DNA from: Podarcis gaigeae
Taxonomy: Eukaryota
Strand: one strand, 5' to 3'
DNA: 64,000 nucleotides
Assembly: GCA_964106915.2 (NCBI GenBank)
Contig: OZ066923.1
The position numbers and the translations under genes are program-made. Shown piece by piece: positions 1-14,546 of this stretch (position 1 is its first letter; each line of letters begins with the position of its first letter). Below the pieces are notes generated by a model that was not told where the DNA came from, did no database searches, and was given only the letters and a program-made list of their open reading frames with translations.

Positions 1-239
1 AGCCAGCAGGGCTCTCTACTTAGGGCTAACCATTGTCACACCACCATTCTCCGGTGCCAGCTTGCAAAAATAAATGAATAAATAATTCCGATAATTTGCC
101 TTCAGAAGCCACAGAAAACGCATTATCTTGAATTGATCATTCCTTTTGCCCCCTAAAGCTCTATAACTCTGGGCAATCTCCCCCCCCCAAAAAAAATACC
201 TCAACAACTTTGGGCAATCCCCTCCCCCCCATTTTTTTT

Positions 240-269
240 GTGGTTGTTGTTATACCCGGAAAAATACGG
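240..269. mobile_element. Right TIR of a Tc2-like (Tc1/mariner) element; extent to the left unresolved
   Basis: ...GAAAAATACGG+TA terminus, the same end motif as the 44261-44722 element. Confidence 0.5.
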
Positions 270-1431
270 TACTTAGGATAATGACTAATCCAGCCTTGAT
301 TGCACTACTTAAAATGGAGAATCAGTATTCATCAAAGAATTTGCTTTTACAGCTGAGTGGGCAGAAGAAGCCAGCCAGTTGCCGATTATTAATGCGGATA
401 TTAATAATGCACATAGGGATGGTGGTTCTAGCACACTGAGTCCTTGAAGTGTGGTCCATTCCCGACAACCAGTATGTGTGCTAGTGCAAAGAGCAGAATT
501 ACAGAGGTCCTGGGACATTGCTTTTCCAGTATCCATGCTAACTGTTGGTGCAACAAATGACTGCTTGGCCATTGCCTTTGTGTGTCATACAGCATGCTGA
601 CTAGTCAGTGTTTTGCGTAAGTTTGCAACATGCTGTATTGACTTTTGTGCCTCCTAGCCATTTCCTTCTGCAGACTACGTTTCCTGCTGTTCAGATTTAT
701 AGATCAAATTCAAGGCACTAACAGCAGAAATGGAGACTCCTGCATTGCATCTCTGACGGAGCATCAGTAAACCAAGATGTTCAGAATCTTTGCAGACACA
801 TGCTTCGTAGTTTTACTCAGAAGCAAACCCCACAGAGTACCCATAGGCAATTATTAGTAAGTGTGATTCAGTTGCCTTTGAAACAATATAGCCATTATGC
901 TCAAATGGTTTGCTGGAGCACGCTAGTCGAATTTAAGAGAATTGTCAGAGTGCCCGAAATAATTAATGTCTTTTTGTGTGACAGTTCTGAACATGGTTCC
1001 TTCTAAACCATCTCTTCTGAGACAGGGCCGGCCCAAGATATGTTGCTGGCTAAGGTAAAGGACAGGATACTCCCACATTCTGACAAGAGGCAGAGTTCTC
1101 CACTGCAGCTGAGGGCAACAGGCTAGTTTTGCAGGTGTAAGCTAGTAGTAGGGCCAGCTGGGATCAGCTACACTCTGGAGTTTCCAGTTGCGAACTCTGG
1201 AATAGAGTTCAACCAAGCAGAACTGGAAGTTGCTGCCGCTCAGCTGATCCAGTCCCAATTTGATCAGCTAGGATCTTCCCTTGCAGCCACAGTATAAAAT
1301 AAAAAATGGGCCACCCAATGATATGGTGTTGTCAGGTGCCTTCCAAAGAAACTGGCTGGGGGCGGAGGAGTTCAGGATTCAGCCCAGCAGGCAACATAGT
1401 TCCTTCTTTCCTGGGACATAGATTGTAGTAT

Positions 1432-1790
1432 ACGGCCTTGGCCCAGTATACCTGAAGGAGCGTCTCCACCCCCATCGCTCTGCCCGGACACTGAGGTCCA
1501 GCGCCGAGGGCCTTCTGGCGGTTCCTTCATTGCGAGAAGCAAAGCTACAGGGAACCAGGCAGAGGGCCTTCTCGGTAGTGGTGCCCACCCTGTGGAACAC
1601 CCTCCCATCAGATGTCAAAACGATAAATAACTACCTGACATTCAGAAGACATCTTAAGGCAGCCCTGTTCAGGGAAGTTTTTAATCTGTGATATTTTAGT
1701 GTATTTTTGGTTTCTATGGAAGCCCCCAGAGTGGCTGGGAAAACCCAGCCAGATGGGCGGGGTACAAATAAATTATTATTATTATTATTA
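1432..1790 (+). mobile_element. L2-type LINE, 3' end (5'-truncated)
   Basis: Close match to the 3' end of the 27788-29256 copy; (TTA)n tail; apparent TSD TAGTAT. Confidence 0.9.
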
Positions 1791-1795
1791 TAGTA

Positions 1796-2038
1796 CAGTG
1801 GTACCTCGGGCTAAGAACTTCATTCGTTCCAGAGGTCCGTTCTTAAGCTGAATCTGTTCTTAACCTGAAGCACCACTTTAGCTAATGGGGGCCTCCTGCT
1901 GTTGCTGCACCACCGTCGTGCGATTTCTGTTCTCATCCTGAAGCAAAGTTCTTAACCCGAGGTACTATTTCTGGGTTAGTGGAGTCTGTAACCTGAAGCG
2001 TCTGTAATCTGAAGCGTCTGTAACTGGAGATACCACTG
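1796..2038 (+). mobile_element. Tc1/mariner (Tigger/pogo-like) MITE
   Basis: TA-CAGTGGTACCTC...TACCACTG-TA TIRs; family repeated at 8153, 20543, 39370 and 56463. Confidence 0.9.
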
Positions 2039-2640
2039 TATCCTGGAACAAGGAACACTTTGCCAGGCAACGTTTTGTTGCAAGCTCTGCTTGTCTACTT
2101 TATATTCTTGCTTTGAACAAAAATTCCCTACTGGTCATGACACCAACGAAGATGCAAAATCTTGATGAAGCACTTCAGTCTCATTTAATTTTTTTTAAAA
2201 AGCCTACTCTGGATTTTACCTCCTGATGGCTTTGTTTTAAACTTGCATTTAAATTTTAGCAATAACAGTTGTAAAACAAGTGTGTTTGCAACAGTTTCTC
2301 TTTGCCAAATGTAGCATATGTTTACATGTTGAATGAACTTATTTGCATTAAACACTGATATTTTTTTAAAGAAAACTTACCGTGAAACATTTTGTTCTCA
2401 TAAATCCTAAGAGAGTTATCACAAGAGAGCATGTATGCTGAGTTTGCAAGGAGAATATAAAGTATCTATCAGAATGCTAAGGCTGCAGATCTCTACCCCA
2501 CAGACCTGTGTGTAAGCCCCACTGAACTAAGTGGAAATGCACTGTCAAATACTCTTTTGGGGCAAGCTTTCAGAAGTCACCTGACTGGGTTCCCTTATTG
2601 CTGCCTTTTCCGCTAAGGGCTCTGTCTTGGTTTACTACTA

Positions 2641-2844
2641 CAATTGTACCTTGGTTGTCGAACCAAGGTGTGGCTTCCAATTGGCTGCAGTAGCTACCTG
2701 CACACAACTGGAAGCTGCAGAAGCCACATTGGATGTTCGGGTTCCAAAGAACGTTCGCAAACCAGAACACTCACTTCTAGGTTTGCGGCGTTTGGGAGCC
2801 AAAACGTTCAAGTCGCAAGGTGTTCAGGATCCAAGGTACAACTG
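2641..2844. mobile_element. Tc1/mariner (Tigger-like) MITE, second family
   Basis: TA-CAATTGTACCTTGG...CCAAGGTACAACTG-TA. Confidence 0.8.
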
Positions 2845-5800
2845 TATTGGTTTTAGTGATGGCTGATGCTCACTGGGACTGGAAGGGTGGAAGGCAGGGA
2901 GACCAACAGTAAATGAAGTCAGAGAGCCAACGGTAAGTGAAGCCAGAGCCGATGACCAGCAGAACAAACTCGTTCTAGTTTTGTCCCCATCCTCTTCCTT
3001 GCTGAATACTGCAAGGACACTGAGCAGTGCCACGGCTGGAGTAGATGTAATAAGAAGGCAGGCAGGTGAGGCCTGGATGAAGGCAGAATGGGGTTGGTGA
3101 GTTCACAATTGGTGGTCCACGGACCCCAGGGGTTCCTTGTAGCCCACCTAGGGGATCCGAGGCACCATTCACATAGAAACTACCATAGATGTATAAACAG
3201 TTTCAAAAGTAGGGGATCCATGACTTGGCTTTTGAAAAACAGGTGGTCCGCAATACTCCCTGCCTCCTTTGCTCAGTTGTCAATTTGTTTTCTTGACACT
3301 GCTGCATTGTATTCTCAGTTGCTGCTGTACCTGCTCCTTATTCCTACCCCACAATTTTGACCTTTGTGGTGGTAGTTTTTAGTTGCCTCTTCTTTAGCAG
3401 CTTTGGCTCCCCCCACCTCTAGAAAGAAATGCAGGATACACATTTTAAAGTGGTTTACAGCACAATCCTATACGCTACTCAGAGATAAGTCCCGTTAAAT
3501 TTGGTGGGGATTACTCCCAAATAAGTGAGTACTGAATTACATCCTTGATTAGCTAATTCTCTTTCAGAATGCCAGGGGATATCAAGCTTCACCACCAAGT
3601 CCTCTACTAAGAACAATTAACAATGTGAATGGAATCATCTATGGCCCATGTGTTTCCTGTTTCCTAGCATTTCTAGGAGGACATGGAATCAAGCTCCAGG
3701 GAGAGGAAAGCATAATTCTCAATAATTGTTCATTGGTGGTCCTCTGAGACCACCACACCCCCATGGCTGGCCCATCCTAACCCAGGGTCCTCCAGATGCT
3801 TTGAACCACAACTCCCTTCCACCCAGGCAGCAAACTCAACAGGCAGGGTTGATGCGAGTTGTTGTCCAATAACATATGGAGCTCTCCAAGTTGGAGATGG
3901 CTGTTCTTGGTGGTTTGCAGAATCTTGATGCATCCTGACAGTGAAGTGTGGGAGCTTGGTCTGGGAAGCAGGGCATAAATCTCATGAATGAATATAGGGG
4001 GCTCTTCTAATATTTGTTTGAGGTTGGTGCCCATCTTGGAGCACCTGGATGACCCTGGTCTTCCACAGAAAGCCTTGCCAACATCTTTGCACGCATTACG
4101 GAAGAATAGGTTATAAAATCAACAGGTTGTGTTAATTTTTAATTTGGTTGCTAGACATGTCTCACAATCAAACAGGGCAATAGACTTTCCTCTTCGAGGA
4201 ATCTGCTTCCAGTAGCAGTTTTTTCCCCCCTTTCCCAAATTGCTTAATCTTTGTTTTATTTTTTTTTATCTCTCATTCTCCCAATCTTGCTGTAAACTCT
4301 GTACTTTGGAAAGTGATTACTCTCACACATAGTTGCACTGCACCATGCCCTCTTTCTAAGGCTGCTGCCGTTGGGAAGCTATTAAGTCTACATAGTGCAC
4401 GATATGGCCTCTATCCTCAACACAGTAGTTTCTGGAGCCAGCTGTGCTGGTGTGAAAAGCAGAACCTATAGGCAGTATTGATCTGGGATCTGAGGCGGAA
4501 ATTTTTATAGCATTCAGGATTCTTTCGAGATAAAGGCCAACAAGAGAGTGGGAGCTGATATGATGTATTGCTTTAGACCAATATAATGCTCTAGAGGGCG
4601 AGTGTGTTGCCAGCTCGTCAGAGTTTACAAGCCTAGGTCAGATTCCATGGCTGGAAAGCTGAAGGTTGCCAGAAAACAAATATGATACTTTGGCAAGAAA
4701 AATGCTGTGTTGGACACAAAAAGGGAATTGCCAGATTTATTAAGGACTGTGATAACATAATTAGAAGCTGATGAAGCCAGTTGTCGTGTTTTTGGTTCAG
4801 TAAGGCCAAATATTTTATGGTATTTGTTGTATTCTTCCTTTTTTGTTTCCTGTCACTCTCTCACACCTCTCCTCAGTCTGCCTCCTGACAAATCCGCTCC
4901 ACTTCCCAGTAGGGAGGAGTTGCGGTGGACCACATGGCCACCCACTCCTCTCTGGGGGCAGGGAATGAAGTCCCGCGTCCCCCGGAGGTTCCCAGCCATG
5001 TCATTCGCCTGCCAGCCAGTGTCTTATTCATCAATGAGGGGGTGGTCTCGGGGTCTCGACACGCAACTGGAGCCTTTTGTGAGCACTCACCCAAAGTACC
5101 ATTAGGCTCTGATGTTATTATTAAACTGAGTTATTTTAAATCATCCAAAAGCAAATCAGGACGGCAAGGACACAGAGGCTGTATACACCTCTACTTTGGA
5201 GTAGGGACAGACTGATCTATTTCTGGTCTGTGTCACTTTTGCATCTTGCCACTTTTAGTATATTTGTCTATTAATGGATTTTTATTGTCTATTTGTATCG
5301 TGCCCCTGTAAATCACACTCTGGCAGTGTGAAGTGATATGCAGATTGAATTGAATTGCTAACTACTAAGTATGTTCTGTCCTTGTTTGGCTTTCATTTGA
5401 GAATTGTATTTCTTATGGATATTTTTTTTTAAGCTGAGTACTTTAGTATATGTCAATGTACTAATTCACAAATGTCAAGTATATTTCAATGTACTAATTC
5501 ACAAATCTCAAGGATAATTGCATTCTGATTCACACATTATTCTGGGATATGCAGATCAGACCAGCTACTATCAGAATTCACAGAAAACAAATTCCTCAAG
5601 CATCCCGTTGAATTCAGTAATAATTCTGCATAGGATTGAACTGTTGGGCATTCTTGATATCTTCCTCTCAACAGTCTTGGAATTCCCTTCCCCTGGAGAT
5701 GCATCAAAGTTCAACATCAGCAGAAATCAGCATACAATGCTTTTATTCAACAAGTTTTGTTCAACCCTTCAGTGGGCTATGAATCCACATTAGCAGTAAA

Positions 5801-7914
5801 TAAATTTATTTCCCATCTCAACAATGACACTGAAGCCTTTGTTGATGCTAGTGCCTGAATATTTTTTCAATACACCTTAATCACCATCCTGTATAAAGAC
5901 CTGCATTTTTAAATATCAAAGGCTGATATTTTCCCAGTATCTAAATTCTATGCAAATACCACTGTCAATAAAGAATTCAGCACACTCTGAACATCTCTAA
6001 TCGTTACTTGACAAATATTTTTGTGTCACCAGCACCTCTACAATTCCACTGTCTCTAATAATTTCAGAGAAATACTATCAAATGCACTGTAGACCTTTGT
6101 TGCATTTTGAAATGAGTGGTAAAGAAGAAAACATTTTTTTCTTCCACTTCCTAATAGTGAGACACAGGAGCAAGTCTAAAAAAAAGTTAGTCGGGGAAAA
6201 TGAAGGTGTTGCGAAGATCATTATTAACAGAGCAAGAATTTGATTCAAGCTATATGGGAACATAATATACTGTTACTGAAAACTGAGGAGGAAAGAGGGT
6301 AATGGGCAATAGTTTGGGATAACAGGAAATAGTTTGTGGGTGTGTCTGCTACCCCTCACTATCCCTTGTAGATATGCTCAGGCAGAAAAAGTACAAACGG
6401 TGTACTCCACCATGGTGGTAAAAAAAATTTGTAATAAACTAATTGACCATTTGTTGTTACAATGCACCAGACAATCATTTTTCTGAGATAGGCTGTCCCA
6501 CCTTGCCTAATGTTAGGGCTGGCCCAGTTTTCTTTATTATTCTTTATTAATTAATTTCTATACTGCTCTTCGTGAGAAGATCGAAGGGCGGCTCACACTT
6601 TGGACTACAATTCCCAAGGGGCAAATCCACTTCTTATATGTTACAGTGCAGTGCCAAAGAGCCATCAATCTATGCTTCCTTTATTTCATTTTATTGTGTT
6701 CGTGTGTGAGACTCATAGGCTGCTTATCAGTTTGATCACTGACAACTCAGTTTACTTTTTGTATGAGGACAATCTGTGCAATCCAGAGAAAATCAATTGC
6801 GTAATTTAATCCGTCCTGTTGTGCATTCGTTATGATTCATGCCCATAAGACAGTCACATGCAAACCTTCATTCAGTACTGTTTGCACCTCAATAGGTTTT
6901 CAGAAGTCACACTGGTTCATTTCCAAGCAAAACACATGCTCTAACTTTTTATATTACAATAGTTCTGGTTATTGTTTTTTGGTCCTGATTTTGCGGTGCT
7001 ATAGCTGTCCAGACACCAATGGTGTAGTAGCAGTGCAAAAACATCAGGCGATCAACTCTCAAGATTGAGATACTCACTGGGTAGTATTTCAGGGCAACCC
7101 ACACTGATTTCTCTACTGATGAAAACATCTTAGAACTCCCCCCCCTCTATATGTATGAGAGAGAGAAATCCAAAAGGGAATCATATCCAAACTGCAGCAT
7201 TAGCCACATCAGGGGTTTGGGTATGCTCAGTTGAATTCTGATATTTTTTAGAAAGTTCTTTCTGTTTCCAAAGTGATTTACCATGTGGCATAGTGGGATG
7301 TTGTTAGAAGAACACAGTCCCCAAGTCCCACTGAATGCATGGAACTAGTGGTGCAAGACATTGAATCCTGGCCACAGTATTCCCATGCATTCTCTAATAA
7401 GTTAATAAGCTTTTAATTGGAAAAGAAAAAGAATTTCCCCCCTTCTCCCTCCACTTCTTACAGGGAAAAACTCTTGAGACTTTTCCACATTCGTATTTGT
7501 TGGTCTTTCAGTTGTTAGTCTTTTTAATGTTCAATAAATTCAGTTTTCCCTTACAGTTAGGCTTCTAAAGTAATCATAGTAATTCCTTTCTTGCACTATT
7601 TCCAGTCCAAGTTTTCTGAGAGTTTGACATGAATCCTAAGAACATTTAAAGATGTTTCTCAGCAGTACTTTATTATTTTTTAATTGGCAACTGTTCTTTC
7701 CTTTGTTTCATTGGATTCAAACTCTGGATTAAACAAACATCATAAATTATAGAAAAGCTGGATCACACTGAAGCTAGATCTAGAAAAGAATAATGTTTCC
7801 ACGCAAAATTTTCTTTGCCTGGTCAAAACATCCCTATATTTATTTGAAAGTGCCAAACCTTTGTTTTAGAATTTACCTACATAGGGAATGTACTTTGTGT
7901 ACCCCACTGGGGCG

Positions 7915-8070
7915 GGGGTGAAGGATTGTGACTCAGTGGTAGACCATCTGCATTGCATGCACAAGGTCTCAGGTTCAATCCTTGGCATCCCCAGGAAGGC
8001 CTTTAATTGAAATCCTAAAGTGCACTGCCACTCAGTGTAGATGGCAAGATAGACCAATGGTCTGACTCGG
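7915..8070 (+). mobile_element. Old tRNA-derived SINE
   Basis: A-box-like GACTCAGTGGTAGA and B-box-like GGTTCAATCC followed by a non-tRNA body; related fragments near 9530-9632 and 11090-11180 on the minus strand. Confidence 0.6.
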
Positions 8071-8152
8071 GTTGCATACACATAACATTTTACTCAATGG
8101 AGACTGAGTTTTCTTATTTGGTTCTACATAGTCTACATACAATCTAGACGTA

Positions 8153-8378
8153 CAGTGGTACCTCGGGTTACATACGCTTCAGGTTACAGACTCCGCTAAC
8201 CCAGAAATATGACCTCGGGTTAAGAACTTTGCTTCAGGATGAGAACAGAAATTGTGCAGCGGTGGCGCGGCGGCAGCAGGAGGCCCCATTAGCTAAAGTG
8301 GTGCTTCAGGTTAAGAACAGTTTCAGGTCAAGAATGGACCTCCAGAACGAATTAAGTACTTAACCCGAGGTACCACTG
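8153..8378 (-). mobile_element. Tc1/mariner (Tigger-like) MITE
   Basis: TA-CAGTGGTACCTCGGGTTA...TAACCCGAGGTACCACTG-TA. Confidence 0.92.
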
Positions 8379-8887
8379 TATTGCATATTTTTTGCTCTGA
8401 GGAAGTGCTTCGTGGGAAGCTGGATTCATGCCAAAAATAAAAGCTTATTGCAGTGTGTCCATTTCGAAACAGATGTAGGTGGTCCCAGCAGTGGGGTGGC
8501 TGCATCTACACCCGCCAAATGACATTATAGGTGGGTTAATATGTAAGGAGCCTCAATATAAGGCCGCAGCTCCTTATAATTTCTAACTCTGAAATTATAA
8601 TTATAATTCCTTATAATTTCTAACTCTGAAAGATTTGCATAGCAGTGACTCAGTAAGGATTGACTTGCACTGTGGTTTCCATGACGAATGGAGTGGAGCA
8701 TCCACCTTACTGTACTGCCTGTAAGTTGTTGTTATATTTCAACTACATTGTGTAGGTCTGCACAGAGACATAGCCATGTCCCTATTGGTTAAAAACCAAT
8801 TTGTAAAGTGGATAGGTGAACAATGCCTTGTTCCATCCCCATTTTACTCCTGGTGTGCCCTATGCTACTATTGTGCATTATGTATAT

Positions 8888-9126
8888 CAGGAGTGGGGAA
8901 TCTGTGGCCCTCCAGTTGTTGTTGGGCTACATTTTTATGATTGTGAGTTGTGTTTTAATGCTGTAACTCACTGTGGGACCTTAGGGTAGAGGGTAGGTAA
9001 TACATAGATAGTGATAATAATACATACATACAAACGAACACCCATCACCTGTGACCATCAGCTGGCTGAGGATGATGGGAGCTGTTGCCCAACCACCTCT
9101 GGAGGTTCATAGGTTCTCCATCCCTG
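8888..9126. mobile_element. Old hAT MITE with a nested LINE-tail-like insert
   Basis: CAGG...CCTG ends; 8-bp TSD atgtatat/atgtacat; body related to the 53924 family. Confidence 0.65.
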
Positions 9127-9839
9127 ATGTACATGTATGATCATGTAACATTATTGTTTGCTAACTGTAATATATCAGCATGGAAATGCCCTTTAATGGC
9201 TTGCAATATTGCTACAAGCTGTGACAGTGTGCTGAGGGAGCAGTTAACGCTCCCCAGTCTAGTAACTGATTTGATAAGTATGGATCCATGGCTCAGAAAG
9301 CTGAGAGGTGTGAAAGATGGGGAGATGCCGTCTAGTTAAGCGTTGCCCATCCCACGGGTAGTTAACCTGTGGTCCATCAGATGTTGTTGAACTCCCATCA
9401 ATCCCAGTTCCCATCTTCCTGAGAAACTGGCCATGTAGCCTGTGCCATGTGGGCTGCTGGAAGTCCAACAAGCCCTTGAGGGTCATAGGCTTTCCACCTC
9501 TGGTTTATGGTGATAACAGCTCTACAAGATTCCAGAAAGCGGTCCTTCACCAACCTACCTGGAGATGCTTGGGAATTGAACCTGGCACCTTTTGTATTCA
9601 GGACCCGTGCTCTACCACTGAGCTATGGCCCTGAGGAAGACCACTTCTCAAATGTTGCAAAGTGCATGTTGTTCAAACACTTCAGGTTCTAATAAAAAGC
9701 AAAGTAGATTTAACAAGTCTGAAGTCTGTCTACCCTGTCTACCCAGCCTAAGCTCCTGAAAGGAAAAATGAGGCTAAAAAATAATAAATGCAGTAATAAC
9801 ACTGTTCAAGACATTTGGCCCACAATAGAATAGACGGTA

Positions 9840-10201
9840 GGGACGCAGGTGGCACTGTGGGTTAAAGCCTCAGCGCCTAGGACTTGCCGATTGAAAGGTC
9901 GGCGGTTCGAATCCCTGTGGCGGGGTGCGCTCCCACTGCTCGGTCCCAGCGCCTGCCAACCTAGCAGTTCGAAAGCACCCTCGGGTGCAAGTAGATAAAT
10001 AGGGACCGCTTACCAGAGGGAAGGTAAACGGCGTTTCCGTGTGCGGCTCTGGCTCGCCAGAGCAGTGATGTCACGCTGGCCACGTGACCCGGAAGTGTCT
10101 CCGGACAGCGCTGGCCCCTGGCCTCTTAAGTGAGATGGGCGCACAACCCTAGAGTCTGTCAAGACTGGCCCGTATTGGCAGGGGTACCTTTACCTTTACC
10201 T
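9840..10201 (+). mobile_element. Sauria SINE, young full-length copy
   Basis: GGGACGCAGGTGGC head, B box GGTTCGAATCC, (ACCTTT)n tail, 14-bp TSD TAGAATAGACGGTA. Confidence 0.95.
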
Positions 10202-13200
10202 TAGAATAGACGGTATTTGAATCCTACTATGCAGTATATGAAGAAGAGTCTTCACTTCCTTTCCCTTCAAATTAAACCCTAAGTAAGTGGAAAGCGACTG
10301 CTGTAAAAGTATTGCAGAATGAAGAAAGGGAATAAAGTTCATACATATATAATGATAGGATTATTGTGTAATCAGTCTTGGCACCTTCCTGGCTGTGCCC
10401 ACATTATTCTGTCACAGCTTTTCACTGCACTGTTTAGAGAAGAGGTCACTAGCCGTGTTGTTCTTGACTGTTTGGAGTCATATTTTTTTTGCCCAGTAGC
10501 CCTGTCATCCTTAAAGTGGAAGGAGAGCCTGTGGAAGTGTGGAGAGCCTGCCATTCCTGTGAGATAAGACAGTTTGGGGTTTCAATGGCATCCTTCAAAT
10601 ACAAGCACAGAAAGGGTTTTTGGGGACAGTTGAATAGGTTATTTAGAAATGCACCACTTCCTTAACTGTCAGCCTTCACCAACCCAAATGTCTGGGGCTG
10701 ATGGGAGTTGTTGCTGGGGACTGAGAGAGGAGTACCAGGATGCTGGGGTGTGGAGCTTGTATGCATACCTCTGTCCCCCATCCCCAGTTTTAGCTCACAC
10801 ATGTTCAGATGAACACCTGAACACATATTTTATCTTTGGGGCATCTCTCAGGATGATACCATGACAGATCACAGTCAGGACGACTTCCCGTCTTACATTT
10901 TGTGATGCTAATACAGATTGAAGGGGTGAGCTACATGTTATTCTAAAAGCACATTTGGAAGTAATAACAAGTGGTGGGGATTTTCAGTGGGTAAAACTGA
11001 GTACAGGAAAGAGTTAAGCCAACCTCCCTGTGACCCCAGTCCTGATTGGTGCCCTGTGTACCTGCTTTTTCTGAAAGATGAAACTGGCCAGTGACTTTCC
11101 AGGATTTCAGTCAGGAGTCTTTCTCAACTCTACCTGGAAAAGCTGGCGACTGAACCTTGAACGTATTGCATCTGTGTTTAGCATGACACAGAGCAGGACT
11201 CTGAAGCTTTAGCTAAGTTGGAAACAAAGGAGAGGCCTCCTGAGAATAAGTAGATGCAGCATCCATACTCATTATAAATTATAACTTCTAATGAAGTCAC
11301 ACTCCAAATCCCGGAGGGCTCTGATGTGCTCTTATAACTTCTGCATGGAGGGGCTGTCCTGATAATTATGCCCTGGAATAATCCACTCATTTAATTGTGA
11401 ACCACCCTGGCATCCATGGAACATTCCCAGGCTCATGGAAGAGAATGAGAAAAAGATTAGGGTTGGAGAACCTGTGGCACCGCAGAAGTTGGTGAACTCC
11501 CAAGTCCCATTGGCTCAAGCCAGCATGACCCAATGGTAATGGATGATGAGAGATATAGTGCAACAATATCTGGAGGGTTACATGTTCCCCACTCTCAGAG
11601 GTGTACCTAGGCTCCCCTGTGCTCTTGGCAAGAAGACACATCGGCCCTTCCAAAGCTGGGACAGACTATGGACCAAAAACAGAAAAAAACGTCACTTTTT
11701 GTCACCTTGCGTGCTCCTCCAGTAACTTCCTCCACGGTCATCAGGGTCTGCTCCACTCTGCCCCTCCTCCTCCTCTTCCATCTGCCTGCCTGATTGCCTC
11801 TCTTACTTGCTGCCTCCCTCCCTCCCTCCTCCTTCCCTCCCTCCCTCCTTTCTTCCTCCTGCAACTCTTGCTTGCTCTCTCATCTTTCTTCCCTGAGCAC
11901 TCTGCTCACATTTCTAACAGTGCCGCCAGCCAACTGGGGAGGGGGCACTGGGGGGCTGCTGCGTTGGCCCAAACCAGCGACCAGATTCCTCTGCCAAGGT
12001 GCCCAGAGGAACCTGCATGCTTCATCTGGCTGCCCAGAGCAGTGTAGGAGTGCCCTGGGGAGCATGCAGATGGGCAGACGCGCGAGCGGGCTACTAGCCA
12101 CTCTGAGCCACAGGCACAATTTTTGTGCCTCCCTGGGCCTGTGCCCTTGGTGGGGGCCAACCTAACCAACTCCTTATAATGTCCCTGCCCACCCTTGACA
12201 TCGATTAATACACATAAACATGGAAAACTCCACAAACACACTAGAGCTGCTAGACTAGAGAAGTTTGATGCTACCCGGACAAAATAAAACTTTATCCAGT
12301 TCACACCTTGTGCCCTTGACCTAGGTTTCCCATTGGTACCCCTAGAAGCTGAAAGGGAACCTTGCACTCAGATGACAGCCCTATGAGCCATAGGGCACAT
12401 GCCTGGTTCAGTATTGTGGCTAATGCATCTATAATTCTTGAATAAGTAAACAAATATTTTTCCCGCATTTCCCAACTTGCAAGTAGATGTAGAGAGTTGA
12501 GCACTTTTGCCAAAACAAAGGAAAGGTTTTAAGCATTTGCCATCACCGCTATCCCCCCCCCCCCCATGCCAACTGTCTGAGCCTAGTTTCTGCTGCACCT
12601 CACTGGATCTCTTCACAATTATTAATAACTTTCTGGAAATGGAGCTGTTGGCTGCTGCATTCTGTGTAATGTTGTTTATCCCTCTAGCAGTCAGACAGCA
12701 GGCCATTAAAAATAAATTGCAATCTTTGGAAGGCTTTCCCACCACCTTTTCATCTTTTTAAAGAATTTCCAGCAATTAAAGGTTGACTAAAGAATGCTGA
12801 TAAGGAGCAAACAAAATGTTGTGGTTGGCATGCAACCAGGAAGCGTAGTGCAAACTGGAATCCCATCTGCACCTTGAATATGCAGGTGTAACAAACCACA
12901 ATACAGCTTATTAGTATATATTTGATTACAACAAATAAATAATGTGACACTAGGAACCAGAATATTCTTACTTAGCACTGACAGTGTAAACCTGTGCGCA
13001 TTTGCTTGGAAGTAATTCCCCATGCAATTTAGTGGAGCTTCTCGTTAGCAAGTGTGATTAGGCTGCAGTCTCAGATCTGTGCCTCTTTCCCTCCATTCCT
13101 CCCCCCACCCTTTCCCGTCAACTTTATACTGCAGAAAGTTGCAAAGCCGACATCTGGTTCTGGAGGAAACCACCATTGGAGACTTGTTAAATATTCAAAA

Positions 13201-14197
13201 ATGCTTGGAAAGTGTTGCAGTACAGTAGGAAGACAAGACACTTAACCACGCTGAAAACCAGAGACATTGCCGCTTATACAATCCGTAACTTGTTCCATCT
13301 GTGCACCGTGCAGTGTTCCAAGTCAATCCTAATTAAGCATATGTATGAGCCGAGAGGTGTATTCATCAGAAATACTCTCAGTTCCTCAATAATGTGGCAA
13401 TGAGCAGGAGATTATCCTTGCCTTCTTTCCAAGGTGACGTCACTACATGAGGTCTTTTGTGCTGATAATCGGGACTTAGGAAAGGTTTTATGTTCTTAGC
13501 GCCAGCATTTTAAAATCTACTCATACTGATTTTAATGTAATAAGGGTCAGCAGAGCTTTAAAAATTAATATTTATCTTGAAAGATCAGAATTCAAATCTT
13601 TTTCTCTCCCCACTTTGGGGAGTGTGTGTGTGAGAGGGGGAAAGGAGTGAGAGGGGTGATTTAAGGATAAGCAAGCTTTGGGCTTCAGTGTTCCTTTGTC
13701 ACATCTGGCAAAGATCTAGAATATCATCCAAACTGATTTGCTGTAAAAAGAACACAGCATTTCAGGCATACAAACCTATTGCTAACATTTTAGTGCTGAA
13801 GCTGGCAATAATTATAGAAGTCATTTAATAGAGTAGACATTCTTAATTTGTGAGTTCAGGTTGTAAGCTTCCATGTCAGACATTGTACTGGCTGAAGATT
13901 TAGTAGCAGTGATATGGCACTTTCATTCTAAGACAGGAGGAGCAACTGAGGTCGCAACATCATGTTAAGATCTATTTGGAGCACATCCCATATTTTTCTG
14001 AAGAATCCCTCATGTGCTTTCTAGTCCCCACAGTCCCTTCCTTAGTTACCACCACTAGCAAACACCTCTACACAATACTTTTGAACTATTCTGTTCATCA
14101 CGTGCTTAGTCACTTAAGGCCTGTTCCTCAGCCAAACTCTCAGCACCACCTGGCAATATTGTGCCACTCAAATTTGGCTGAGGTAATGAGCTGTGAT

Positions 14198-14546
14198 GGG
14201 ACGCAGGTGGCGCTGTGGGTTAAAGCCTAGGACTTGCCGATCGAAAGGTCGGCGGTTCGAATCCCTGCGGCGGGGTGCGCTCCCGCTGCTCGGTCCCAGC
14301 GCCTGCCAACCTAGCAGTTCGAAAGCACCTCCGGGTGCAAATAGATAAATAGGGACCGCTTACCAGCGGGAAGGTAAACGGCGTTTCCGTGTGCAGCTCT
14401 GGCTTGCCAGAGCAGCGATGTCACGCTGGCCACGTGACCCGGAAGTGTCTCCGGACAGCGCTGGCCCCTGGCCTCTTAAGTGAGATGGGCGCACAACCCC
14501 AGAGTCTGTCAAGACTGGCCCGTACGGGCAGGGGTACCTTTACCTT
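14198..14546 (+). mobile_element. Sauria SINE, young copy
   Basis: Same structure; 12-bp TSD TAATGAGCTGTG. Confidence 0.95.

Noticed and set aside
7915-8000. tRNA genes here and in other A/B-box-containing segments
   Set aside because: These are SINE heads followed by SINE bodies; no complete cloverleaf.
5450-8630. Short local tandem duplications (about 5453-5515 and 8571-8630; also 58045-58083)
   Set aside because: Two-copy slippage duplications with no spacers or regular array; not CRISPR-like or otherwise functional on this evidence.
11600-12370. Cluster of 120-150 aa overlapping ORFs in a GC-rich patch
   Set aside because: Low complexity, no recognisable domain or splice structure; probably an unclassified repeat.
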